Counted from the first letter of the stretch, positions 18,954 to 28,198 are shown. The stretch is DNA of 64,000 nt from Burkholderiales bacterium (GCA_031414735.1 JANNWL010000227.1:1909-65908); one strand, 5' to 3'. Translations and numbers: made by a program. The notes: generated by a model not told the origin, from the sequence alone.

Positions 18954-20549
18954 ATGGACCGGCCTCTCGCAGGGCCAGCTTCTGCGGCCGAGCGTGCCAA
19001 GGGCGCCCTGCGCCGCCTGGCCCAGTCCCGGCTGGAGCCCACGCCCGAGAACTTCGCCCGCGCCTACGCCGAAGAGTCGGGCCAGCCAGCGGCCGAGCCC
19101 GACGCCGTGGCGCCCGGTGCCGCCTGGGCGCAGCAGATCGAACGCCTGGCCAAGGGCCTGAGCCATCCCGGCCGCCAGTGGACGCTGGCGCGCCGCCGTG
19201 ACAGCCTCAAGCGCGTGCTGGACGGCAGCCGCAGTGACGCCCAACGCATGCACAAGCGGCTGCAGTCCTTGCTCACGGCCTGGGAGGAAGACCGTGCCGA
19301 CGAGCCGGTGCAAGCCGATTCATCCGTCAGCGATGCGGCCGACGCGCCTTTGCCGTGGCCGCCCCTGGTGGCCGTGCTTGAAGGCACGGTGCGCGCCGGG
19401 CTGCCTGCCGACGACACGCGCGCCGCCGAACTCGCCGATCAGCTGGCCGCGCTGGCCGATGCGGTGGCGCGGGACGGTGCCACGCCCGCGCATGTGGCGC
19501 AGATTGAGCGCGTCTGCAACGCGGTGCGGCGGCTCTTCTCGCACCGCCACGACCTGGTCGAACAACTCGGCAGCCTGTGCCGCGAGCTGACGCTGGGCCT
19601 GACCGAACTGGCCGAAGACCCGAGCTGGGCGCGTGGCCAGTGCGAGGCGCTGCAGGTGCGCTTGCAAGCCGGCGTCAGCGTGTGCGGCGTGCGGTCTGCG
19701 GCCGAGCTGCTGGCCGACACGCGTCAGCGCCAGCAGGCCCTGCAGGCCGAGCGCCGCGCTGCCCGCGACGCGCTGAAGGGCCTGCTCAACCGCATGTTGG
19801 GCGAGGTCGACGAGCTCGGCGCGCAGACCGGCCGCTTCCACCAGGCCGTGGCCGGGCATGCCGACGCCATTGCCCGCGCCGACAGCCTGGAAAGCCTGGC
19901 CACCGTGGTCACGACCCTGCTGCAGGACAGCCGCGACGTGCAGTCCGCCGTCGGTCGGTCGCAGCAGCGCCTGCAGGAAGACCGAGACCGGGCCGCTGGG
20001 CTGGAGCAGCGCGTGCGCGATCTCGAGTCCGAGCTGCGCCGCCTGTCCGACGAGGTCTCCACCGACGCGCTGACGCAAGTCGCCAACCGGCGCGGTCTGG
20101 CCACGGCCTTTGCGGCCGAGCAGGCCCGCACTGAACGCGCGGGTCCGAACGCGGCGCCCCTGGCTGTGGCGCTGATGGACGTCGACAACTTCAAGAAGCT
20201 CAACGACAGCCTGGGTCATGCCGCAGGCGATGTGGCCCTGAAGTCCTTGGCGGCGGCCGTGCGCGACCGCCTGCGGCCGGTCGACCACCTGGCCCGCTTT
20301 GGCGGTGAAGAGTTCGTCGTGTTGCTGCCTGGGACGGCACTGGACGAGGCCCAGCAGGCCCTGTCGCGACTGCAGCGCGCGCTGACAGCCAGCCTCTTCA
20401 TGCACGACGGCGAAGATGTTTTCGTGACCTTCTCGGCCGGCGTCACTGTCTGGCGCGAAGGCGAGACGCTGGAGACCACGCTGGCGCGCGCCGACGAGGC
20501 CATGTACGAGGCCAAGCGCACGGGCAAGAACCGCACCTGCATCGCCTGA
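18954..20549 (+). CDS. Diguanylate cyclase with a long helical N-terminus
   Basis: DVDNFKKLND, RPVD I-site, RFGGEEF, ADEAMYEAK. Confidence 0.93.
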   Translation: MDRPLAGPASAAERAKGALRRLAQSRLEPTPENFARAYAEESGQPAAEPDAVAPGAAWAQQIERLAKGLSHPGRQWTLARRRDSLKRVLDGSRSDAQRMHKRLQSLLTAWEEDRADEPVQADSSVSDAADAPLPWPPLVAVLEGTVRAGLPADDTRAAELADQLAALADAVARDGATPAHVAQIERVCNAVRRLFSHRHDLVEQLGSLCRELTLGLTELAEDPSWARGQCEALQVRLQAGVSVCGVRSAAELLADTRQRQQALQAERRAARDALKGLLNRMLGEVDELGAQTGRFHQAVAGHADAIARADSLESLATVVTTLLQDSRDVQSAVGRSQQRLQEDRDRAAGLEQRVRDLESELRRLSDEVSTDALTQVANRRGLATAFAAEQARTERAGPNAAPLAVALMDVDNFKKLNDSLGHAAGDVALKSLAAAVRDRLRPVDHLARFGGEEFVVLLPGTALDEAQQALSRLQRALTASLFMHDGEDVFVTFSAGVTVWREGETLETTLARADEAMYEAKRTGKNRTCIA

Positions 20550-20586
20550 GGGCGGTTGCCCGGCGCCGGCGGGCGGGCGACTGCAC

Positions 20587-20613
20587 TCAAGCCGGGGCCC
20601 GGCTTGCCGAAAA
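20587..20613 (+). promoter_or_regulatory. Sigma-28 promoter upstream of the hypothetical gene at 20659
   Basis: TCAAGCCG...GCCGAAAA, i.e. TCAA-N15-GCCGAAAA, 45 bp before the ATG. Confidence 0.65.
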
Positions 20614-20658
20614 CAGGGGGCATGGGCCGCCCGTCGGCGGCCATCCCCGCCTGCCCCG

Positions 20659-21369
20659 ATGAGCGCCGTTCCGCGTTGGTTCAAACCGTTGAAGCAGATC
20701 GTCGATGCCATCTTTCGGCATGACCTGTCCCTGCGCCGCGACGCGCAAGGCGTGCGCGTGGTGCTCAGCGACCGCACCACGGTCGGCGTCAACGGGCGCA
20801 TGGGTCCGGCCGAGGAAGCGGCAGCCAAGGAAAAGCAGGAACTGGCCCTGATGCGGACGCAGCTTGCAGGCGTGCTCGACGAGCTGCCCGAGACGCGCAA
20901 TGCCATGCGGCACCTGGCTTTCGTCGACCAGGCCCTGGGCAAGAAGGGCCTGCGCGCGCTGGACAAGCTCCCGCTTGAGCTGATGCGCCACGCGCTGGAC
21001 CAGTTCGAAGGCCTGGTCACCAACTGGTCGCCCGTGGGCTTGGCTGGCCTGCGCGCCAAGATGGCAGTGGCCATCATCAGGCGCGAGTCGACGGATCCAG
21101 ACGAAGGGCCGGACTCCTACCGCACGTCGGCATTGCACGACACCGGACCGCCGCGTGACGCGGACGGTGTCGTCGTGCTGGAGCGCGTCGACGAGGAGGC
21201 ACTGGAGGCCGCCTACGCGGCCTATGCGGCGATGAGGAACACGGCCTTGCCGCCGACCGAAGTCGAAATGCACGGGGAGCTGGACTCACCCAGCGCCCGC
21301 GCCGCGCGAGCTGCTGCGGCCACCAAACCGCCGCCGCAGGAAGTCAAGCTTCGACAACTCGAAACCTGA
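20659..21369 (+). CDS. Hypothetical cytoplasmic protein, 236 aa
   Basis: Open frame filling the intergenic space with host-like codon usage; no family recognised. Confidence 0.75.
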   Translation: MSAVPRWFKPLKQIVDAIFRHDLSLRRDAQGVRVVLSDRTTVGVNGRMGPAEEAAAKEKQELALMRTQLAGVLDELPETRNAMRHLAFVDQALGKKGLRALDKLPLELMRHALDQFEGLVTNWSPVGLAGLRAKMAVAIIRRESTDPDEGPDSYRTSALHDTGPPRDADGVVVLERVDEEALEAAYAAYAAMRNTALPPTEVEMHGELDSPSARAARAAAATKPPPQEVKLRQLET

Positions 21370-21430
21370 AGCCTCCCGACCGGCTCGCAGCCAGTCAGCC
21401 GGGTTGGCGACTGACGGCAGCGACGTCAGC

Positions 21431-21724
21431 TCACTTGGTCTTTTCGCCGCGCGACAGGAAGCCCACGAGTGCGGCAAAGTCAGCCGGGGTCATCATGTCG
21501 CCCTTGACCTTCATCTCCTTGGCCTTCATGTCCCAGATCTTGGCCATCATGGCCAGGTACTCGGCCTTGGACACCATGCCGTCCTTGTTCTTGTCCATCA
21601 TGGCCATCTTCATCATGCCGTCGAAGGAGCTGTCTTCGGCCACAAGTTGAGCCCGGGCGGCGGTGCCGACGGTGGACAGGGCCAGGCCCAGGGCGACGAC
21701 AGACAGCAGGTTTTTGATCTTCAT
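21431..21724 (-). CDS. Small secreted Met-rich EF-hand protein
   Basis: Signal peptide MKIKNLL...AARA; EF-hand loop DKNKDGMVSKAEY. Confidence 0.85.
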   Translation of the reverse strand: MKIKNLLSVVALGLALSTVGTAARAQLVAEDSSFDGMMKMAMMDKNKDGMVSKAEYLAMMAKIWDMKAKEMKVKGDMMTPADFAALVGFLSRGEKTK

Positions 21725-21937
21725 GAGAGTTTCACTTTCAGCGTGGGGGTTTGGGGGACTTGCTGCAATCAAGCCGCCACCCTGTGTGGCCGTGGCTGCC
21801 TGTTGCCCTGTGTAGTCGGGGCAGGCGGGCAGTCATTACACCGACGTTGAGGCGGCTTGACGGAACCTCGCACCACCGCACGCCGCACGCCGCACGCGAC
21901 GGCGTTCGGCAGGCAACCGCTCACAATCCCGGCGGCG

Positions 21938-23140
21938 ATGACCCCGTACCCTGGATTCGATGGCCTGCGGCTGGCGGCCGCGCTGCTCGTGCTGGTGTCG
22001 CACGCGATGTTCACCCGCGCCGGTGTACCGCCAGGGGACCCGGTGTCGCAGGCACTGGCAGATGCCGGCGTGGGCGGCGTCTACGTGTTCTTCATCATCA
22101 GCGGCTTCTTGCTGTCGCGGTCGCTCGACCGCGAGGGCGACCCGCTCCGATTCGCGGTGAACCGTGTGTTGCGCATCTACCCGGGCTTCGTCGCGTGCGT
22201 GCTCGCCACGGCGCTGGTCTTCGGTGCGGTGGGCAGCAGCCTGTCGCTGTCAGCCTACTTCACGGACATCGAACTGCTGCGCCACCTGCGCCTGACGCTG
22301 GACTGCCTGTGCTCGAACGCCTGGCTGCCCGGGGTGTGGAACTACGCGGGCGACGAGGCCATGCGACGCATCGTCAACGGCTCGCTGTGGTCGCTGAGCG
22401 CCGAGGTGCTGAGCTATGTCCTGCTGCTCGCCCTGTGGCTGTTGCTGCGGCGCAGCGTGCCAGCCATTGTGCTGGTGCTGGTGGGGCTGACGCTGACCAC
22501 ACGGGTCTCCGCCCTGGCCTACGACAGGCTGGCTGCAGTGTCGTTCACGCTGCCCTACTTTGCGGGCGGCGCCGTGGCCTACCTGGTGGTGCGTCGCTGG
22601 GGCGTGCACGCCGGCTTGGCGGCGGCGTGCGGCGCCTTGGTGGTGCTGGCCACTTTCACCGGCCACATGGCGGCAGCTCTGGCCTCGGTGGGCGCCTACG
22701 CACTGGTCTGGCTGGGCACGCGCGACAACCCGTTGTCTCGCCTGAGCACGCGCACCGGCGACCTCTCCTATGGCGTGTACCTGTACGGCTGGCCGGTGCA
22801 ACAACTCGTGCGCATGGTCTCGCCCGACGACACACCCTGGGTCACGTTGGTACTTTGCCTGCCGCCCACGCTGGCTTGTGCGTGGTTGTCCCACCGATTC
22901 ATCGAGGCCCCGGCCCTGCGGCTGAAAGCGCCCGTCACCGAGCTGTTGCGCCACTTCGCCTGTCGAAGAAGCCCTGCCACGTCGACGGCCTCGCGCGCCG
23001 CCGCCACATTCTTCGCGGTGGGGGCTTTGGTCTTGCTCGTGTGGCCCAGCCCGGTCTGGTGGTGGGTCAGCTCGTGCCTTCTGGCGCTGGCCCTGGGTGC
23101 AACGGCTGCGCGCTGGATTGGGTTTTGGCGGAAGCGGTGA
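21938..23140 (+). CDS. Acyltransferase family 3 (OafA-like) membrane O-acyltransferase
   Basis: FDGLRLAAALLVLVSH, VFFIISGFL, RVLRIYPG, NGSLWSL, DLSYGVYLYGWP; start is approximate. Confidence 0.9.
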   Translation: MTPYPGFDGLRLAAALLVLVSHAMFTRAGVPPGDPVSQALADAGVGGVYVFFIISGFLLSRSLDREGDPLRFAVNRVLRIYPGFVACVLATALVFGAVGSSLSLSAYFTDIELLRHLRLTLDCLCSNAWLPGVWNYAGDEAMRRIVNGSLWSLSAEVLSYVLLLALWLLLRRSVPAIVLVLVGLTLTTRVSALAYDRLAAVSFTLPYFAGGAVAYLVVRRWGVHAGLAAACGALVVLATFTGHMAAALASVGAYALVWLGTRDNPLSRLSTRTGDLSYGVYLYGWPVQQLVRMVSPDDTPWVTLVLCLPPTLACAWLSHRFIEAPALRLKAPVTELLRHFACRRSPATSTASRAAATFFAVGALVLLVWPSPVWWWVSSCLLALALGATAARWIGFWRKR

Positions 23141-23213
23141 GATTCGAACTCACGGGCCCTTGCGAGCCGCCGGTTTTCAAGACCGGTGCAATCGACCACT
23201 CTGCCACGCTTCC
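23126..23213 (-). tRNA. tRNA-Ser(TGA)
   Basis: 88-nt cloverleaf, anticodon arm CCGGT-CTTGAAA-ACCGG, long variable arm, TTCGAAT T-loop, encoded CCA; TAGAAT -10 box at 23229-23234. Confidence 0.97.
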
Positions 23214-23231
23214 TTCGGGTCTGGCCTGATT

Positions 23232-24056
23232 CTAGAGGCCGGGCCGCCGTGCCTGCGGGCAGGGAATCTGCACGACCTCACGCCGGCCGCCGTCCACGCG
23301 CACGGCAGTGAGCGCGCCGCCCCAGACGCAACCGGTGTCGGTGGCCAGCAGGTCAGGGCGGTTGATGAGTCCCAGCGTGCTCCAGTGACCGAAGGCCATC
23401 GGCTGGCCGTGGGTCAGGCGGGTGGGGATGTCGAACCACGGTCGAAAGCCGGCGGGTGCGGCGCCAGCACCTTCCTTGGTCTTCAAATCCAAAGTGCCGT
23501 CGTCGCTGCAAAAGCGGATGCGGGTGAGGGTGTTGACGATGAACCGCAGCCGCTCGTGGCTCGTCAGCGTGGGCTCCCAACGCGTCGGGCGGCTGCCATA
23601 CATGGCCGTCGTGAAGTCCGCCAGCTCGGGTCCGCGCAGCAAGTCCTGCACTTCGGCAGCGTGTGCCAGGGTGTCGGCCGCGGACCACTGCGGCACCACG
23701 CCGGCGTGCACGCACAACCATCCGGCCTCCATGTGGGCCAGGGGTTGGGTCCGCAGCCAGTCGATCTGGGCTCGGGCGTCGGGTGCAGCCAGCACATCGC
23801 CGAAGGTGTCGCCGGCTTGCATGTCACGGGTGCCGCAGGTCACGGCCAGCAGGTGCAGGTCATGATTGCCGAGCAGGCAGGTAACCGCGTTGCCCAGGCC
23901 CTGAAGGCGCCGCAACACGGACAGCGAAGCCGGGCCGCGGTTGACGAGGTCGCCCAGCACCACGAGGCGGTCGCGCGATGGTGAAAAGCCGATTTCCGCG
24001 AGCATGCGCTCCAGCGCGTCAGCACAGCCTTGCAGGTCGCCCAGCAGATGAATCAT
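23232..24056 (-). CDS. apaH: Symmetrical bis(5'-nucleosyl)-tetraphosphatase ApaH
   Basis: GDLQGC, GDLVNRGP, GNHDLHLL, FGHWS, DTGCVWGG. Confidence 0.95.
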   Translation of the reverse strand: MIHLLGDLQGCADALERMLAEIGFSPSRDRLVVLGDLVNRGPASLSVLRRLQGLGNAVTCLLGNHDLHLLAVTCGTRDMQAGDTFGDVLAAPDARAQIDWLRTQPLAHMEAGWLCVHAGVVPQWSAADTLAHAAEVQDLLRGPELADFTTAMYGSRPTRWEPTLTSHERLRFIVNTLTRIRFCSDDGTLDLKTKEGAGAAPAGFRPWFDIPTRLTHGQPMAFGHWSTLGLINRPDLLATDTGCVWGGALTAVRVDGGRREVVQIPCPQARRPGL

Positions 24057-24117
24057 CGGGCGATTCTGCTACGCTCGCCAGCTTTTCAGCGGTACCCGCT
24101 CTCGCAGGGCGGCGCGC

Positions 24118-25419
24118 ATGGACGTCACGCTACTGGTCTTCCTGATTCTCCTCAACGGCATCTTCGCGATGTCGGAGATGGCCCTCACCGCCAGCCGCAA
24201 GGCGCGTTTGCAGGTGATGGTCGAAAGCCGCGAACCGGGCGCGCAGGCCGCCATGGACCTGCACGAGAACCCGACCAAGTTCCTCTCCACGGTGCAGATC
24301 GGCATCACCTCGATCGGCATCTTGAACGGCATCGTCGGCGAGGCGGCGTTCTCTGAACCGCTGTCGCATTGGCTGGTGAAGACCTTCGACGTCGCGGAGC
24401 GCGCCTCGGACATCGGAGCGACGGCGCTGGTGGTGGTGATCATCACCATCCTGACCATCATCTTTGGCGAACTGGTGCCCAAGCGGCTGGGCCAGATCTA
24501 CCCCGAGACCGTGGCCAGGCTGGTGTCGCGGCCGATGAACCTGCTCAGTTCGACCGTACGGCCATTGGTGGTGCTGTTGACCATGTGCACCAACGCCTTG
24601 CTGCGGTTGATGGGCATTCACGGCGGTGCGGCGCGGGCGGTGACCGAGGAGGAAATTGCCGCCAGCCTGGAAGAGGGCCTGGACGCCGGCGTCATCGAAG
24701 CGCAGGAGCACCAGATGGTGCGCAACGTGTTCCGCCTGGACGACCGGCAGATCGGTTCGATGATGATTCCGCGCGCCGAAATTGTCTGGCTCGACGTGGC
24801 CGACCCTTTGCCGCACTTGCTGGAGCAGATGGCCGGCAGCGGCCACACGCGCTTCCCGGTGTGCCGCGGCGGGTTGGACGACGTGCTGGGCGTGCTCAGC
24901 ACCCACAGCCTGCTGCAACCGCTGTCGCGCGGCGAGCAGCCGCAACTCGCCGACCACCTGAACCCGCCGGTGTTCGTGCCAGAGACACTGTCCGGCATGG
25001 AACTGCTAGAACACTTCCGCGTGACCACCGCCGACCTGGTGTTCGTGGTCGACGAGTACGGTGCCGTGCAGGGCGTGATCACCGAGCGCGATCTGCTCGA
25101 AGCCATCACCGGCGAGTTCGGCGCGCCGGCCAGCGAGGATTCGTGGGCGGTTCGGCGCGAGGACGGCAGCTGGCTGATGGACGGCTTGATTCCCGTGCCG
25201 GAATTCAAGGATCGGCTGAATTTGAAAGACCTGCCGGAAGAGGACCGGGGCCGTTACAACACCCTGGCTGGCATGATCATGCTGTTGCTGGGCCGACTGC
25301 CGCACACTGCGGACCACGTGGTGTGGGCGGGCTGGCGATTCGAAGTCGTCGACCTCGACGGCAAACGTGTAGACAAGGTGCTCGTAGAGCGCACCGAACC
25401 CCCTGGAGCAGACTTGTGA
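24118..25419 (+). CDS. CNNM/HlyC-CorC family transporter (DUF21-CBS-CorC)
   Basis: NGIFAMSEMAL, TVQIGIT, FGELVPKRL, CBS pair with VVDEYG, C-terminal GWRFEVVDLDGKRVDKV. Confidence 0.93.
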   Translation: MDVTLLVFLILLNGIFAMSEMALTASRKARLQVMVESREPGAQAAMDLHENPTKFLSTVQIGITSIGILNGIVGEAAFSEPLSHWLVKTFDVAERASDIGATALVVVIITILTIIFGELVPKRLGQIYPETVARLVSRPMNLLSSTVRPLVVLLTMCTNALLRLMGIHGGAARAVTEEEIAASLEEGLDAGVIEAQEHQMVRNVFRLDDRQIGSMMIPRAEIVWLDVADPLPHLLEQMAGSGHTRFPVCRGGLDDVLGVLSTHSLLQPLSRGEQPQLADHLNPPVFVPETLSGMELLEHFRVTTADLVFVVDEYGAVQGVITERDLLEAITGEFGAPASEDSWAVRREDGSWLMDGLIPVPEFKDRLNLKDLPEEDRGRYNTLAGMIMLLLGRLPHTADHVVWAGWRFEVVDLDGKRVDKVLVERTEPPGADL

Positions 25420-26180
25420 TCAATCAAAACCTTCATGTTCAACCCGTGGCGCTGGACAGCGTACCGCACCGTGAACTGAAACTGGCCCTGCCCGTCACCG
25501 ACTGGTCGGTGGGCAAGAAGCTGAATGCCTTGTTCGTGGCGGCTGCGGAGTTTGGCGATGTCTGCCGTGAATATCCCATCGTCTTTGTGCGTGCCGGCAA
25601 GGAACCCGACGGCACCGACTCGATTGCCCCGATCGCCGTCATGGGCCTGACCCAGGACCAGAACCTGTTCCTGCATGGCGGCACCTGGCGCGCCCAGTAC
25701 ATGCCGGCAGTGCTGCGCCTGTATCCCTTCTGCATCGGTCGCATCGATGCCGAGCGCTTCGCGATTTGCGTCGATATGTCGTGGCCGGGCGTGGGACAGC
25801 CCGAAGGCGAGCGCGTGTTCGACGCCGACGGCAAGCAGACCGAACTGCTGGCCTCGGTTCAAAAGCAGATGGAAACGTTGGAAGGCGAAATCCAGCGTAC
25901 CCGGCTGGTCTGCAAAAAGCTGCAAGAGCTGGACCTGCTGCGCGACATGCGCTTCGATGCCACGCTGCCTGACGGTCGCCAACACAGTGTGGACGGCTTC
26001 CTGACCGTTGACGAGACCAAGATGCAGACGCTGTCGGACGAGGTCATTGGCGACCTGCACCGCACGGGCGTGCTGGGCCTGATCCACCTGCACTGGGTGT
26101 CGATGGGCAATATGCGGCGCCTGCTGCAGTGGCACACCGAAGGCGTGTTGCCCATGCCCGCGCCTGCACTGAACAGCTGA
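25416..26180 (+). CDS. SapC family protein
   Basis: EYPIVF, GLTQDQNLF, YMPAVLRLYPF, GLIHLHWVS; GTG start overlaps the upstream stop (GTGA). Confidence 0.85.
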   Translation: MINQNLHVQPVALDSVPHRELKLALPVTDWSVGKKLNALFVAAAEFGDVCREYPIVFVRAGKEPDGTDSIAPIAVMGLTQDQNLFLHGGTWRAQYMPAVLRLYPFCIGRIDAERFAICVDMSWPGVGQPEGERVFDADGKQTELLASVQKQMETLEGEIQRTRLVCKKLQELDLLRDMRFDATLPDGRQHSVDGFLTVDETKMQTLSDEVIGDLHRTGVLGLIHLHWVSMGNMRRLLQWHTEGVLPMPAPALNS

Positions 26181-26199
26181 CGCGGGGCCCGCCGGCCGC

Positions 26200-26601
26200 T
26201 CAGTGTGGGCGGCCGCTGGCGCTGTTGCCGGTGCCGGCGTCGAAGTTGCCTTGCGCTGCATGCGCTGCGGTCCAGGCTTGCAGCATCTGCGCCGCACCGG
26301 GGCTGGTGCGTGCCACCCAGGCATCGAACTGGCTGCGCGCCGCCGGGCCGTAGCGCTTGTAGATCTTCACGCCCACCCAACCGGCCAAGGCCAGCACCAG
26401 CAGCGTGCGCAGGCCGCGTGCCAGGGCGACGACCGTGGCGACGCCCATGCCCAGCGCCACCCACTTGACCCACCACACGCCGCTGTAGGTCATGGCGTTG
26501 ATGGACCAGCACAGGCCGACGACGAAGACCGCCTTGACGGGCATCAGCACGGCATTGGTCAAGTCGCTGATCGGGCGGGTGATGAATGAGATTGGATTCA
26601 C
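26200..26601 (-). CDS. Small hypothetical membrane protein
   Basis: Three hydrophobic segments (VFVVGLCW, WVALGMGVATVVAL, LLVLALAGWVGV); GTG start after a GGAG RBS. Confidence 0.7.
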   Translation of the reverse strand: MNPISFITRPISDLTNAVLMPVKAVFVVGLCWSINAMTYSGVWWVKWVALGMGVATVVALARGLRTLLVLALAGWVGVKIYKRYGPAARSQFDAWVARTSPGAAQMLQAWTAAHAAQGNFDAGTGNSASGRPH

Positions 26602-26809
26602 GGGTTTCTCCTTGGGGCAGGGGGACGCGATGGCGTGACTGTGCCGCGTCAACCCGGTCTGGCACCAGGGGCTTGCGATGAAGCACCACTGTGCGGCGTG
26701 AGGCGACCTGCTGAGGCGCCAGATGCGGCTCGGTGCTCCCCGGGTGCAACAATTCCGGCCGGCGCAGGCCTTCGCCCTGCGCCGCACATCGAGACCCGAG
26801 CAGCCCACC

Positions 26810-28198
26810 ATGACCGTTCAACTGAAGACTCCTTCGCGCACCGCGGTGCCCATGTTCGCCGTCGACCGCGCGGGGTTCAGCGCCGCTGCGCAGACCCTGG
26901 AGCCGCAGACGCAACGCTGGCTGAAGACGGTGGGCTTCACCGGTGCGGCGCACACGCATGCCCTGCTGCCGGCCGCAGACGGCGCGCTGCAGGCGGTGTG
27001 GGCGGGCGTGCAAGACGCCGCGCACCCGTTCGCGCTGGCGGCGCTGCCCAAGCTGCTGCCTGCCGGGCGCTACCGCCTGGCCGAGGGCGGCACCGGCGGC
27101 ACCGGCGTGACGGCCGAGGCGGCCGCCATGTCATGGGAGCTGGGCAGCTACAGCTTCGATCTCTACAAGCCCGCGACGCGCGAACCGGCGGTGTTGATGC
27201 TGCCGCCCAGCGCCGGTGCCAGCCGCGGCCTGCTGCTGGCGGCGGCGATGGCGTCGACGCGCGACCTCGTCAACACCCCGGCCGAGCACATGGGCCCGGC
27301 CGAACTGGCCGAGGCGGTGCGGCTGGTGGCGCAACAGCATGGCGCGCGCTTCAAGCAAACCGTGGGTGATGCGCTGCTGAAGGCCGGCTTCCCCGCCATC
27401 CATGCCGTCGGCCGCGCAGCCACGCGGGCGCCGCGGCTGATCGAGCTGAACTGGGGTTCGCCCAAGCACCCGCTCGTCACGCTGGTGGGCAAGGGCGTGT
27501 GCTTTGACAGCGGCGGCCTGAACATCAAGGGCGCCGACGGCATGCGCAACATGAAGAAGGACATGGGCGGTGCGGCCAACGCGCTGGGCCTGGCGCAGAT
27601 GATCATGGCGCTGCAGTTGCCGATCCGTCTGCAGTTGCTGATTCCAGCGGTCGAAAACGCGATTGCCGGCAACGCCTTCCGGCCGGGCGATGTGTTCAAG
27701 ACGCGCAAGGGGCTGCACATCGAGATCGGCAACACCGACGCCGAGGGCCGCGTCATCCTGTGCGACACGCTGGCCTACGGTGCCGAGGGCAAGCCGGCGC
27801 TGATGATCGACATGGCCACGCTCACCGGTGCGGCGCGCGTGGCACTGGGTGCGCAGCTGCCGGCGCTGTTCTGCCGCGACACCACGCTGGCACGCCAGCT
27901 GGTGGACAGCGGCCTGGCACTGCACGACCCGGTGTGGCACATGCCGCTGTGGGACGCCTACCACGGCCAGATCCAGAGCGACATTGCCGACATCGTCAAC
28001 ACCGGCAAGGGCGGCCTGGCCGGCGCGGTGACGGCAGCACTTTTTCTGCAGGACTTTGTGCCGGCCGAGCAGCCCTGGCTGCACCTGGACCTGTTCGCCT
28101 GGAACAACGAAGCACGCCCCGGTCGCCCGGTGGGCGGCGAGGCGCAGACGCTGCGCACGCTGCTGGCGTACCTGGAGGCAAGCTACACCGCGGCCTGA
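26810..28198 (+). CDS. M17 leucyl aminopeptidase family protein (PepB-like)
   Basis: GKGVCFDSGG, MKKDMGGAA, NTDAEGR metal-binding motifs. Confidence 0.95.
   Translation: MTVQLKTPSRTAVPMFAVDRAGFSAAAQTLEPQTQRWLKTVGFTGAAHTHALLPAADGALQAVWAGVQDAAHPFALAALPKLLPAGRYRLAEGGTGGTGVTAEAAAMSWELGSYSFDLYKPATREPAVLMLPPSAGASRGLLLAAAMASTRDLVNTPAEHMGPAELAEAVRLVAQQHGARFKQTVGDALLKAGFPAIHAVGRAATRAPRLIELNWGSPKHPLVTLVGKGVCFDSGGLNIKGADGMRNMKKDMGGAANALGLAQMIMALQLPIRLQLLIPAVENAIAGNAFRPGDVFKTRKGLHIEIGNTDAEGRVILCDTLAYGAEGKPALMIDMATLTGAARVALGAQLPALFCRDTTLARQLVDSGLALHDPVWHMPLWDAYHGQIQSDIADIVNTGKGGLAGAVTAALFLQDFVPAEQPWLHLDLFAWNNEARPGRPVGGEAQTLRTLLAYLEASYTAA

Noticed and set aside
24369-26180. 603-aa ORF suggesting a long SapC fusion
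   Set aside because: The upstream part is an alternative frame of the CNNM gene; SapC similarity begins at GTG 25416.
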